Below are positions 21,701 to 30,111 of a DNA stretch of 64,000 bases, in pieces. The DNA is from Acholeplasmataceae bacterium. Lineage in GTDB: Bacteria > Bacillota_I > Bacilli_A > Acholeplasmatales > Acholeplasmataceae. The position numbers and the translations under genes were made by a program. The stretch spans positions 64,001 to 128,000 of the forward strand of contig OY775910.1 in assembly GCA_963675245.1 (NCBI GenBank), read 5' to 3'. How positions within the stretch are numbered: position 1 is the first letter of the stretch; the number at the start of each line of letters is the position of its first letter. Under the pieces are notes generated by a model that was given only the letters and a program-made list of their open reading frames with translations, was not told the origin of the DNA and made no database searches.

Positions 21701-23216
21701 AGGTATTCAATCAACAACTATAACAAGTTATAATCCAGTCCTCATTAACTTTGTCAATAATAACGATTATGTGTTAACTGGTGGTAATGTAGAACGTGAC
21801 TATGAATACACCACAACTCCAGGTCCTTCAGCAGCATTCAGTGATGCAACTAACATGCTAGATGGAACAACATTATATGAAGAGGGAGACAACTTAGCAA
21901 GTTATACACAATGGGTAGCTGTACGTAATCTAGCTCAGTCGATACTTTATGAATACGCCAATTCAACATCGATGGAAAATGGTATAGATTTTAGCGATTT
22001 AGTCCCACGTGAACTTACAGCTATTCAATATTCAAGGATATATAATAATCAAATCAGTATCGCATTACCTAATCTAGACAATGCGGTGTATACATTAGCA
22101 AGTATCAATTCAACACTACCTGAGGGATTGAGTTTATCAACAGATGGTCAGATTACTGGCACAACCTCAACAGTAGGTACATTCTCATTTGTAGTGACAG
22201 TTATCGTTGATGATTATATCACCAGAAATATCCGTCATACATTAACCATAACACCAGCATTTTCATTCGTTAATATGAATGATTTGGAAGAAAATGTTGC
22301 TTTAACAGATGGTAGTATCATCAGTCATGCATTTATCATTGGTTCTTCTATCATTACTGGTGATATTGGTGATCCTTATTTAGGGCCATTTCTTATATCT
22401 ACTACACTTCAATCTATTGAATATAGCGTGTTTGAAGGTTCACTTCCAAATGGACTGACATTAGATACTTCAGGTAACATTACAGGAACACCTACTACTT
22501 CAGGTTCATATAATGTAACAGTACTTGCCCACATGAGTGGATATTCAACCAGTTGGAGCACATCAATTTTTCAAGACATTTTGATACCAACTACTTTTGA
22601 AGTTGCTGCTGGTATTCCACTTCCAACATATGATGTCACATTCGCAGGTAACTTCACTGGTGCTTCTGACGAAGTTGTTGCCGTAGTTCAAGATACACCA
22701 ATCGCAGCATTAGCAGCACCTTATCGTCCAGGTGCAATCTTCTTAGGATGGTTCACAGACGCAGCTGCTACAACAGCAGTAGACTTCAGTGCAAATGTTG
22801 CAGCTGATGTCACGTATTATGCTGGTTGGGTTGATGTTGTTGGCTTGGTTGAAGACCTTGCAGCACTTGACTCAGCACTTGATGCAGATGTTGCTACAAT
22901 CAATGCAGCTATCGATGCAGTCGATGCAGCAATTACAGCATTACAAACAACATTAGAAGCAGCGATTGCAGCTGGTGATGATGCTGTTGCAGCAGATATC
23001 GCTACTGATATTGCAGCTTTACAAGCATCACTTGATTCACTCAATAGTTCACTTGATGATGAAACAGGACGTATTGATGATATCGAAACACAATTAGCAG
23101 AAACTGGTTGTGGATCTGAAATCACTCTTTCAAGTACAATTGTTTTCGCGACAATGTTATTATTAACGGTTGCATTTGCATTTGTTATTACAAGAAATAA
23201 GAAGCAATTAAATTAA
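18786..23216 (+). CDS. Surface GH3-fold protein lacking catalytic motifs; 2 putative Ig repeats, InlB B-repeat, coiled coil, GCG-TM anchor
   Basis: Signal peptide; ESFVLLKNE, NPSGKT, YPFGYGLSYTTF present; KHF replaced by EDA and (S/T)D nucleophile by TS; LP.GL.L...G.ITGT x2; GWF..YYAGW; C-terminal TM. Confidence 0.88.
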   Translation: MRKIIIIFIFFVLLFSNSLMVFAAFTEGVNADYYPDFISWEEEQAAADKFNIELASESFVLLKNENRALPLTPDETNISLFGTGSYYWSSPGIRSVRPASVYDSLSSVNLSVNPTIARFYQMNWTNLEEPSLDNLEEMTYSYDMYDDAAVITIWRSVPEWNEVSLYETPGHTDLLDHTYSLTDNEKSVINGLTTKFDKVIVLISSGNPMELGWLEDHDGVDAILWIGYTGLNGRMAVGPMLVGETNPSGKTADIYPAKFSQDPTWANFKGNIQDQLIEVDGVLYTNYIGPGDPANVLAPAEISGLSNSSAEYLTYSRVTDISGNTVTVDGPNDSARYFTSLDYEEGIYVGYRWYETAAQEGFFSADSHGFTNAERLASLDEADPKYITPDLYYNRLDGVIYPFGYGLSYTTFDVDIQNVVHDGSLFLNGDTLNTAYNQEITLNISITNTGNFAGKKIVEIYYTAPYITGEIEKASINLINFAKSDYLYPGESQVIPVTIRIQDMASFDDVDANADGHQGYELDPGTYTLSVRDNSHDTLDSIDAVIAGDIVHYDIDADTGASIELRFTPETGDTTWDGSRSDLTYYNTRRTAFISPNSQMTYLTRADFDGTMPKAPTPADLAWSDEALMILLSQIYYSSFNDLPTDPWYIDESEFNEGGLYEDWTQVSEDDVSERVNGLVPIQLYDMSGVPLDDPQWIEFMNQLTWDEIRTLVSNGQYHTEAIDTIGKPRTNEVENFNAIGHGTFWVSQVNIASTWNIDLAYRHGRYLGNEAMLQEINGLYGPNLNIHRSPASNLNYSTYSQDGILAGLIGQNVVKGATDKGIVVYIEDALMDAQNTNHYTVTTFISEQALREMYLKPFEMAIKNGNANALMSSSNKIGIVSSQSNYNLHVGLLRDEFGFDAFSITSYYSWSTTPSATGDMCARVFQLPLGHYTDTFGRHIEGEWDDVNQNVIVTFNGNVTSGTRYISDTSEGIQSTTITSYNPVLINFVNNNDYVLTGGNVERDYEYTTTPGPSAAFSDATNMLDGTTLYEEGDNLASYTQWVAVRNLAQSILYEYANSTSMENGIDFSDLVPRELTAIQYSRIYNNQISIALPNLDNAVYTLASINSTLPEGLSLSTDGQITGTTSTVGTFSFVVTVIVDDYITRNIRHTLTITPAFSFVNMNDLEENVALTDGSIISHAFIIGSSIITGDIGDPYLGPFLISTTLQSIEYSVFEGSLPNGLTLDTSGNITGTPTTSGSYNVTVLAHMSGYSTSWSTSIFQDILIPTTFEVAAGIPLPTYDVTFAGNFTGASDEVVAVVQDTPIAALAAPYRPGAIFLGWFTDAAATTAVDFSANVAADVTYYAGWVDVVGLVEDLAALDSALDADVATINAAIDAVDAAITALQTTLEAAIAAGDDAVAADIATDIAALQASLDSLNSSLDDETGRIDDIETQLAETGCGSEITLSSTIVFATMLLLTVAFAFVITRNKKQLN
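22602..23213 (+). repeat. 612-bp inverted repeat, copy A
   Basis: Base-by-base comparison with the reverse complement of 35055-35666: 7 mismatches, first 425 bp identical. Confidence 0.97.
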
Positions 23217-23258
23217 TTAAATTTGAACATACCGCATAACATTATAAATAGTCTATTT

Positions 23259-23313
23259 AAAAAACCTTCCTTCTATAAGGACAATTCTTTCTTACAGTAT
23301 AGGAAGGTTTTTT
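23259..23313. terminator. Bidirectional terminator
   Basis: AAAAAACCTTCCT...AGGAAGGTTTTTT between convergent genes. Confidence 0.75.
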
Positions 23314-23377
23314 TATGTATGTTTTATTGCAGTATATCTATTTTGGGGGTTTAGATTAATTGCTCATCCCTTTTTTG

Positions 23378-24271
23378 TTAATCATTTATATGAATACTAC
23401 CTGTATCCGTTTGAGCATTAATGTAATATGCTATGTTAGATAAAACTAAATCATAATTATTACCATGACCAACACCCTTAACACTGATTGTTCCTGTGCT
23501 TGTACTTAAGTGTAATGTGCGATCGAGTAGATCAACTTGACTGACATTTATTGATCCCGTATCACTTGATAAATCAATGCGGTTTGTCTCAATTGACGTG
23601 ATATTAATTGAGCCAGCATCAACGGTTGCAGCTAAATTTTCAGAAGTGATTTGATTAATCGTAATTGATCCTGTATTTGTTTCTAGGATTGCATCATTAC
23701 TTATGTCAACGTTCGTTATATTCAGACTACCCGTATCTGTTGATAAATTAAAATCTGTGGCTTGAACATTTTGAACATGAATGCTACCTGTATCTGACTC
23801 TAAATTGACTTCTTCTAAAGCATCAAAATCACTTAGAGATATAGATCCTGTATTTGCTAAAACATCAACGTCAAATTGATAACTTGATGGGATTGTTATG
23901 ATAACATCATTACGATTGCCAAATGGTAATCGCCATACAAACCAACCATTAATTCCTGGTTCATTTTGTTGTGAAATAGTTAATATGCCATCTTGTAATG
24001 AAATGTTCCATATTTCGCCTTCTATGCGATAATGATTGATGGTGATATCAGAATCATCTGTTGATATAATTTCAACACTTCTAGTGTCAACATCAACGAC
24101 TAATGATGTGATGATATCTGTATATACAATTGGATCTTGCTCAATATACTCATTATTTGATGTAACTGCATTAACCATCGAATCCCAAGTTGCACCACTT
24201 ACAAAACCAACACCGATAAACACAAGTGCCACAATAAATAATATAATAATTAAATTTTTAATGACTTTCAT
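23378..24271 (-). CDS. DUF4097 beta-strand-repeat (adhesin-like) protein
   Basis: N-terminal TM; repeated (S/T)DTGSI units. Confidence 0.85.
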   Translation of the reverse strand: MKVIKNLIIILFIVALVFIGVGFVSGATWDSMVNAVTSNNEYIEQDPIVYTDIITSLVVDVDTRSVEIISTDDSDITINHYRIEGEIWNISLQDGILTISQQNEPGINGWFVWRLPFGNRNDVIITIPSSYQFDVDVLANTGSISLSDFDALEEVNLESDTGSIHVQNVQATDFNLSTDTGSLNITNVDISNDAILETNTGSITINQITSENLAATVDAGSINITSIETNRIDLSSDTGSINVSQVDLLDRTLHLSTSTGTISVKGVGHGNNYDLVLSNIAYYINAQTDTGSIHIND

Positions 24272-24845
24272 ATAAATCCTTCTTTCTGACGATTAATCGA
24301 CTAAACCAAATAGCCATATGTTCTAATAACCACCATGATGCTTTAACCATTACATATCCAATGAGTAAGCAAATGACTAACGCCAATAATGCGATACCAA
24401 TGGTTACCATAAATTCAGGCAACGCTAAGCCTGTAGAAAATCCACCAATGACTTGTATAATCACAACACCAAAACCACTTAACATCACAGCAACACCACT
24501 TATCAGAACTGAAAATACTGAAATCATGATTGACAAGTATACGACACCAAGTGGAATTAAAATAGGTGTCGAAAATAATACAAGAACAATCATCCATAAA
24601 TTAGATGTCATTTTTTCATCCTTACCAGTTCTTCTACTAATGACATTTGGAATCATAGACTTCGCAATTGATTTTGCATCATAGTCATTCAAAATTGAAA
24701 CAATGTCTTCACCGTTTTCCATACGGTCATCGATCATTTCTTCATAATAAGACAAAATCTCCGTCACTTCTTCTGATCGAAAATAACGATCTAATTCAAA
24801 TTTTAGTTCTTTCATCCATTCATCTTTTCTTTTTATATCATGCAT
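24258..24845 (-). CDS. DUF1700 membrane protein
   Basis: W..EL...L....E..EILSYYEEMIDDRMENG followed by TMs; middle gene of a PadR-DUF1700-DUF4097 triad. Confidence 0.85.
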   Translation of the reverse strand: MHDIKRKDEWMKELKFELDRYFRSEEVTEILSYYEEMIDDRMENGEDIVSILNDYDAKSIAKSMIPNVISRRTGKDEKMTSNLWMIVLVLFSTPILIPLGVVYLSIMISVFSVLISGVAVMLSGFGVVIIQVIGGFSTGLALPEFMVTIGIALLALVICLLIGYVMVKASWWLLEHMAIWFSRLIVRKKDLYESH

Positions 24846-24853
24846 AAGATCAC

Positions 24854-25159
24854 CTATTCTTTCGTCAAGATATCAAATATTTTTTTAATATCTTTCCACT
24901 CATTATAGAAAATATTTATTTGTTCCACACCTTTTTTTGTGATACGATAATATTTCCTATTCCTGCCGTTATACAACCGATTGTAAGTTTCCAACCACTC
25001 TTGTTTTTCTAAACGTCTTAATATTGGATATAAAGTTGATTCACTTATATCGATATGAGGTTCTAAGTCTGCAATCAATTTATAACCATATGAATCTGAT
25101 TTAGTGAGAACGGCTAACACAAATATTTCTAATACACCTTTTTTTAATTGTTGCTTCAT
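24854..25159 (-). CDS. PadR-family regulator
   Basis: QLKKGVLE..VL..L...DSYGY, ESTLYPILRRLE, GRNRKYY.IT; start ATG 25159. Confidence 0.92.
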   Translation of the reverse strand: MKQQLKKGVLEIFVLAVLTKSDSYGYKLIADLEPHIDISESTLYPILRRLEKQEWLETYNRLYNGRNRKYYRITKKGVEQINIFYNEWKDIKKIFDILTKE

Positions 25160-25181
25160 CGCATACCTCACTTTCACCATT

Positions 25182-25210
25182 ATTATACATTGCATAGTAT
25201 TATGTGTCAA
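25182..25210 (-). promoter_or_regulatory. SigA promoter of the PadR operon
   Basis: TTGACA (25210-25205), 17 bp, TATAAT (25187-25182). Confidence 0.8.
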
Positions 25211-25233
25211 GCAGTATATTCAATTTTATCTAT

Positions 25234-25270
25234 AAAAAAATAACAGAAACTACAAGTAGTTTCTGCTTTT
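25234..25270 (-). terminator. Terminator after GT2
   Basis: CAGAAACTAC-AA-GTAGTTTCTG inverted repeat with flanking A/T runs. Confidence 0.7.
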
Positions 25271-25293
25271 CTAATTTTCATTTAATAAAATGA

Positions 25294-26322
25294 TTAACCT
25301 AATTTAATTTTTCTAGTGAGGTGCAAATAACTCTGCATCATAACAAACCCTTTTAGTCTAAATGGTAAGAACGTAACAAGCGTATTATATGATCTATACT
25401 TCAAGAAATGATACATTTTCTTATCATACGCTTTAAGTTCTGCCCACATATCGTTGAGATGTTTCTTTCGATCTCTACTATATTCACCTGTCGTAAACAT
25501 TTGTGTAATAATCATCATGTCCATCAAAGCATGCTTCATATATCGCTTTAGCCCTCTTGGCATCGCTTGAAGTTCATCATAAGTGAAAGAATGCATAATG
25601 ATTTTAAATACACGGATTTGTTGTTCGTAACGTTTAACAATGTTATGTCGTTGTATTGACTGATCTTCACGACCGATGTAATAATTGTAGACAACCCTGT
25701 CGATATAATAAAGTGATTTAGTAGATGACAACGGTAAATATGATACGATATTATCTACATAAAATGTATGTTCTGGTAAAACCATTTGGCAATCATATAG
25801 TACAGATGTTTTATAAACTAATGCGTGCATTAATAATGTGCTTGAATAAGAAAATTTATGTTTTAAATGATTCCAGTCAATGATTTTTTCAATTGGAAAA
25901 TTTTCTTTATATGTTCTAACAAAACTTTTGCCTTCGTCATACTTATTATATAAAAAATCTGTGACATACAAATCAGGTGATACACCCTCTTTTAAATGTT
26001 GTGCAATTTTATCCAATAAATATGTTGCATTAGCGACATCTAACCAGTCATCCGAATCAACTACTTTAAAATATAGACCAGTTGCGTTTTGTAAACCTGC
26101 ATTTACACCAGAACCGTGTCCACCATTTTCTTTATCGATGACTTTAACTGTTTTGGGATATTTCTTTTTATATTCATTAGCAATCTTGATTGTATTATCT
26201 TTCGATCCATCATTAACGATGATAATTTCAACTCGTTCTAAATCAAACAAAAGCGTATCAATACAACGATTTAAATAGGCTTCTGAATTATAAGATGGAA
26301 CGACAAATGTCATTAATTTCAT
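25294..26322 (-). CDS. Glycosyltransferase family 2
   Basis: VPSYNS, IIVNDGSKD, KENGGHG..VN.G, KVVDSDD (DxD). Confidence 0.92.
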   Translation of the reverse strand: MKLMTFVVPSYNSEAYLNRCIDTLLFDLERVEIIIVNDGSKDNTIKIANEYKKKYPKTVKVIDKENGGHGSGVNAGLQNATGLYFKVVDSDDWLDVANATYLLDKIAQHLKEGVSPDLYVTDFLYNKYDEGKSFVRTYKENFPIEKIIDWNHLKHKFSYSSTLLMHALVYKTSVLYDCQMVLPEHTFYVDNIVSYLPLSSTKSLYYIDRVVYNYYIGREDQSIQRHNIVKRYEQQIRVFKIIMHSFTYDELQAMPRGLKRYMKHALMDMMIITQMFTTGEYSRDRKKHLNDMWAELKAYDKKMYHFLKYRSYNTLVTFLPFRLKGFVMMQSYLHLTRKIKLG

Positions 26323-26435
26323 ATGAAACAACTCTCTTTCAATATCAAATTTTTTAGCGCAATACTATATTAACATTAAAACGATAATAAGCCAATATAA
26401 TCTTAAATAAATCATGAAAATAACACAAATTTAAT

Positions 26436-26469
26436 AAAAAACTTGACTCTCAGACAAGAATCAAGTTTT
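26436..26469 (-). terminator. Terminator after the GtrA-like gene
   Basis: AAAACTTGA...TCAAGTTTT inverted repeat. Confidence 0.6.
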
Positions 26470-26482
26470 AGATTAATATTAT

Positions 26483-27562
26483 TTATGCATTTTGAGCAAT
26501 AATCAATTCGCCTTCTTTGACGATTCGATCTCGTTCTTGAATCGCTGCAGATGCTAATTTAATATCTTCAGCAAGTCTTTCTTCAATTACTTGAATTTCG
26601 CTAGGGTCTGCTTGTTCTTCTATTTTCTTATCAAGTAATTTTTTACATGAAATAACTTTAATAATTTTCGATTCACATGTTGATCTAATCGATAACATAT
26701 TTTTTTCAGCAAGTTTAACATTACTTAATTTTTTCATCTTATTTGCTTCTTCTAAAGCCTTATCATATGCTTTTTGAGCAGCTGCAATTTTACCAGCATC
26801 AGACGTTTGTATCGCTGCATCTAATGCAGTTTTCAAATGTGCTGCATGTGCTTCTTTATGTTCCGCAACTTTGTGAACATCAGGAAAAATAACACGGAAG
26901 ATAAAGTAGAAGATGAGCATCGCAACGCCACCTTGGATGACCATGTTAATTAAATCCATAGCCTCTCTTGGTATACCTATGAATGCTTGATTCCATTCTG
27001 CAAGGTTACCAATAATAATCCAAATGACTAAGTTAATGCCTAACCAACCGATTAAATACCACATGGCTTGATACCAAGGATTCCCCTTTGATCGATACGT
27101 AAGATTTCTTTGTAGTGGGAAGTTAATGACTTGTGCTAAGAAAGTTGCAATTAACCATGAATAGAAATATCCTAATCCACCACCGATAATTGGCACACCA
27201 TTATCTCTTAAGACTGGGTAACCAAAGATAATAAATTTAAGATCAACACCACCAACCGTATAAATTACACCTGGCCAATCAATTGGTGTTGCTGCAAGTT
27301 CAGCACCAAAGAAATGGGGGATAAATAATAGTAAAATCCATTGGAAGATTGTCACTAAATTACTAAACAAGTAAAAGAGTGCGAATGTATATAAGAATTT
27401 AGACAATTTAGGTTTCTTATCTGAGAAGTTAGACCAAACACCTAACCACCAACGCCAAATTTTTTGTAGAAACGCTAACACATTATTGTCACTGTATGGT
27501 GAAAGTTGACTTTCAATTTCATTTTGAGTCAACAATTTGTAATTTAATCCTGTTTCGCTCAT
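26483..27562 (-). CDS. GtrA-like membrane protein with a C-terminal coiled coil
   Basis: F.LFSNLVT..Q, AQVINFPLQRN.T pattern; ~4 TM; Ala/Lys/Glu-rich helical tail; overlaps the GH3 stop by 4 bp. Confidence 0.65.
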   Translation of the reverse strand: MSETGLNYKLLTQNEIESQLSPYSDNNVLAFLQKIWRWWLGVWSNFSDKKPKLSKFLYTFALFYLFSNLVTIFQWILLLFIPHFFGAELAATPIDWPGVIYTVGGVDLKFIIFGYPVLRDNGVPIIGGGLGYFYSWLIATFLAQVINFPLQRNLTYRSKGNPWYQAMWYLIGWLGINLVIWIIIGNLAEWNQAFIGIPREAMDLINMVIQGGVAMLIFYFIFRVIFPDVHKVAEHKEAHAAHLKTALDAAIQTSDAGKIAAAQKAYDKALEEANKMKKLSNVKLAEKNMLSIRSTCESKIIKVISCKKLLDKKIEEQADPSEIQVIEERLAEDIKLASAAIQERDRIVKEGELIIAQNA

Positions 27563-29997
27563 TGTACATTCTCTCTTTCCATTTTGCGTATTTTTTTTGC
27601 TTCTCTACCTGCCTTGAAGAAGTGACGTAAGCCTTTGAAGAAATGTCCGTTAAACATTTCAATCATTGCATGTAATTGTTTCCATGAAATCATACCACCA
27701 GACATTCTTGAAATACCTCTAAGCGGTTGTTGTAACATACCCATTGCGAGTACAGCTGCAACATCTCTCTTGCCAATAAATTTAAGAAACCAAATCAAGA
27801 ATCTGATTGCACCCGCAAAGAAACGACCAAACCAACCTCTCGCCCAGCGTAATTCTTCAATTGTTGTATTGACATGAACATAAATCCTATTCTTTTTATA
27901 GAACTCATAATTTGCCTGTGGAATGTCTCTTCCAATAAGTGCTTTAAAATCTTCATCTGATACATTCTGAACATCTGCATTTTTGTAGCTTGCGATATCA
28001 TTTTTAGGGAATTTCTTAGTTGTTCCTTCTTTTTCAATTTGACCTGATAATTCGATATCAACTGAAGAACTACCAATGTAAATATCATAAGCACCTTCTT
28101 CAACTTCAAATTGATTAGTTACCGTATTGAAATATCTAAATGTCAAGTCATCAAACTTAATGTTAACAGTTTTTGATTCACCCGGTGCTAATTCAACTTT
28201 TGAGAATCCTTTCAATTCCTTTGTAGGACGATAAACTTTTGATTTTTTAAGTCCTACATATAATTGAGAGATTTCTTTACCAGCTACGTTACCAGTATTT
28301 TTTACTTTGAAGGATACACCTTGTTCTTCAACGACTAAATCACTATAAGCAAACGTTGTATAACTTAGACCATATCCAAATGGGTATCTTACTTTGACAC
28401 CTGCGGTATCAAAATAACGATAGCCAACATATAAACCTTCTCTATATTCAGCAGTTAATTCCATCCCTGGATAATTAAACGCTGTTGAATAATCTGTGTA
28501 TTGATAGGCATATGATTCAGCTAACTTACCTGAAGGATTAACCTTACCTGTAACAACGTTTAAGACAGCTTGTGCAGCTGCTTGTCCACCTAAGAATCCA
28601 TGTACTAAGGCATTCACGTGTTTAACGAAATCCATTTCAATAACAGATCCACAAGCAAGTTTCGCTACAATTGGTTTGTTTAATTTAGCAAGTTCTTCAA
28701 CAAGTACTCTTTGATTTAAAGGTAATTCAAGATTTGGTTTATCCATACCTTCTAATTCAGTCACTTCATCTAAACCTAAATATAAAAGAATAACATCTGC
28801 TTTTTGAGCAAGTTTAATCGCTTTTTTAATTAATCCATTTGATTTTTTACCATATCGCTTAAATCCAGGTTCATAACCTACTGAACTTAAACCAGATAAT
28901 GATAGATAATCTAATGCTGAATCCAATTTTGTTGGATTAACAATTGAACTACCAGCACCTTGATATCTTGGGTTTTTAGCAAAATCCCCGATGACTGCCA
29001 CTTTAGTACCTTCTGCTAATGGTAAAATGTTATCTTCATTTTTAAGAAGAACAACAGATTCTTCAGCTGCTTTTTCAGCAAAATTATGATGTTCATCTTG
29101 ATCAAAAGGAATAATTTCTTTTTCAAATACTTTAGATGTGTCAAAGACGAGCGTTAAATAACGATCAACGGCTTCATCCAAATATTTTTCGTCAAGTTTT
29201 CCGGATTCGATGGCTCTAACGATGTCTCTATTTGTTTCTTCACCAGTTGTTGGCATTTCAAGTTCTGCACCAGCCTTCAATGCAGCAACACGATCATTAT
29301 TGCCGCCCCAGTCAGAAACTATAACGCCTTCGAATCCCCAAAGATCTCTCAATATTTCTCTTAATAAATGTTCATTTTCATTTGCGTAAACGCCATTTAA
29401 TAAATTATATGACGACATAATTGTCTTCGTATTTCCTTCTTTAACAGCAATTTCAAATGCTGGTAAATAAATTTCACGAAGTGTACGTTCATCCATGACA
29501 GAGTCGCTGACAAGTCTACGATGTTCTTGGTTGTTTGCAGCAAAATGCTTTACACAAGCAGAAATACCATTAGATTGAATACCTTTGATATATGACGCTG
29601 CCATTTTACCTGCTAAAATTGGATCTTCACTGAAATATTCAAAGTTACGCCCACAACGTGGATTACGTTTGATATTGGTTCCAGGTCCAAGAACAACATT
29701 GACTCTTTGCGATACAGCTTCATATCCTAAACGTTTCCCCAATTCTTCTCCTAGTGCAGGATTCCATGAATTCGCCATAGAAGCAGCTGTAGGAAAACAT
29801 GTCGCATTTAAACTTTCATTGAGACCTAAGTGATCAGCAGCTACCGCTTGTTTCCTCATACCATGAGGTCCATCAGCAAGGAACATTGACGGAATATCAT
29901 GTTGTTTTAAATCTCTTGTTTGCCAAAAATCCTTACCGGACATTAGCGACGCTTTTTCTTTGAGCGTCATCGAATCTATTAGTTTTTTATATTTCAT
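27559..29997 (-). CDS. GH3 beta-glucosidase, canonical domain order, no signal peptide
   Basis: ADGPHG.RK, GRNFEYFSEDP, CVKHFA, WGFEGVIVSDWG, YPFGYGLSYT, Fn3-like ELKGFSKV. Confidence 0.95.
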   Translation of the reverse strand: MKYKKLIDSMTLKEKASLMSGKDFWQTRDLKQHDIPSMFLADGPHGMRKQAVAADHLGLNESLNATCFPTAASMANSWNPALGEELGKRLGYEAVSQRVNVVLGPGTNIKRNPRCGRNFEYFSEDPILAGKMAASYIKGIQSNGISACVKHFAANNQEHRRLVSDSVMDERTLREIYLPAFEIAVKEGNTKTIMSSYNLLNGVYANENEHLLREILRDLWGFEGVIVSDWGGNNDRVAALKAGAELEMPTTGEETNRDIVRAIESGKLDEKYLDEAVDRYLTLVFDTSKVFEKEIIPFDQDEHHNFAEKAAEESVVLLKNEDNILPLAEGTKVAVIGDFAKNPRYQGAGSSIVNPTKLDSALDYLSLSGLSSVGYEPGFKRYGKKSNGLIKKAIKLAQKADVILLYLGLDEVTELEGMDKPNLELPLNQRVLVEELAKLNKPIVAKLACGSVIEMDFVKHVNALVHGFLGGQAAAQAVLNVVTGKVNPSGKLAESYAYQYTDYSTAFNYPGMELTAEYREGLYVGYRYFDTAGVKVRYPFGYGLSYTTFAYSDLVVEEQGVSFKVKNTGNVAGKEISQLYVGLKKSKVYRPTKELKGFSKVELAPGESKTVNIKFDDLTFRYFNTVTNQFEVEEGAYDIYIGSSSVDIELSGQIEKEGTTKKFPKNDIASYKNADVQNVSDEDFKALIGRDIPQANYEFYKKNRIYVHVNTTIEELRWARGWFGRFFAGAIRFLIWFLKFIGKRDVAAVLAMGMLQQPLRGISRMSGGMISWKQLHAMIEMFNGHFFKGLRHFFKAGREAKKIRKMERENVQ

Positions 29998-30043
29998 AAA
30001 AAAACCTCCTAAATTTTGGCGGTAAACCCGTCACTTTTTATTT

Positions 30044-30091
30044 ATTGAGCATGTCAAGGTTTTATACATTCAAAACCTTGACAAACTCAAT
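30044..30091. other. Long intergenic stem-loop between GH3 genes
   Basis: TGTCAAGGTTTT (30052-30063) / AAAACCTTGACA (30072-30083), extended by ATTGAG/CTCAAT. Confidence 0.7.
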
Positions 30092-30111
30092 TATATTTAC
30101 TACAAAAATTT

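Noticed and set aside
22817..23125. Ala/Ser-rich 102-aa ORF, and its twin at 35140..35451
   Set aside because: Antisense shadows of the GCA/GCT-rich coiled-coil codons; duplicated only because the repeat is duplicated; no RBS.
23378..25210. PadR-DUF1700-DUF4097 triad
   Set aside because: A widespread module in Bacillota; nothing unusual beyond its position inside the repeat-bounded segment.
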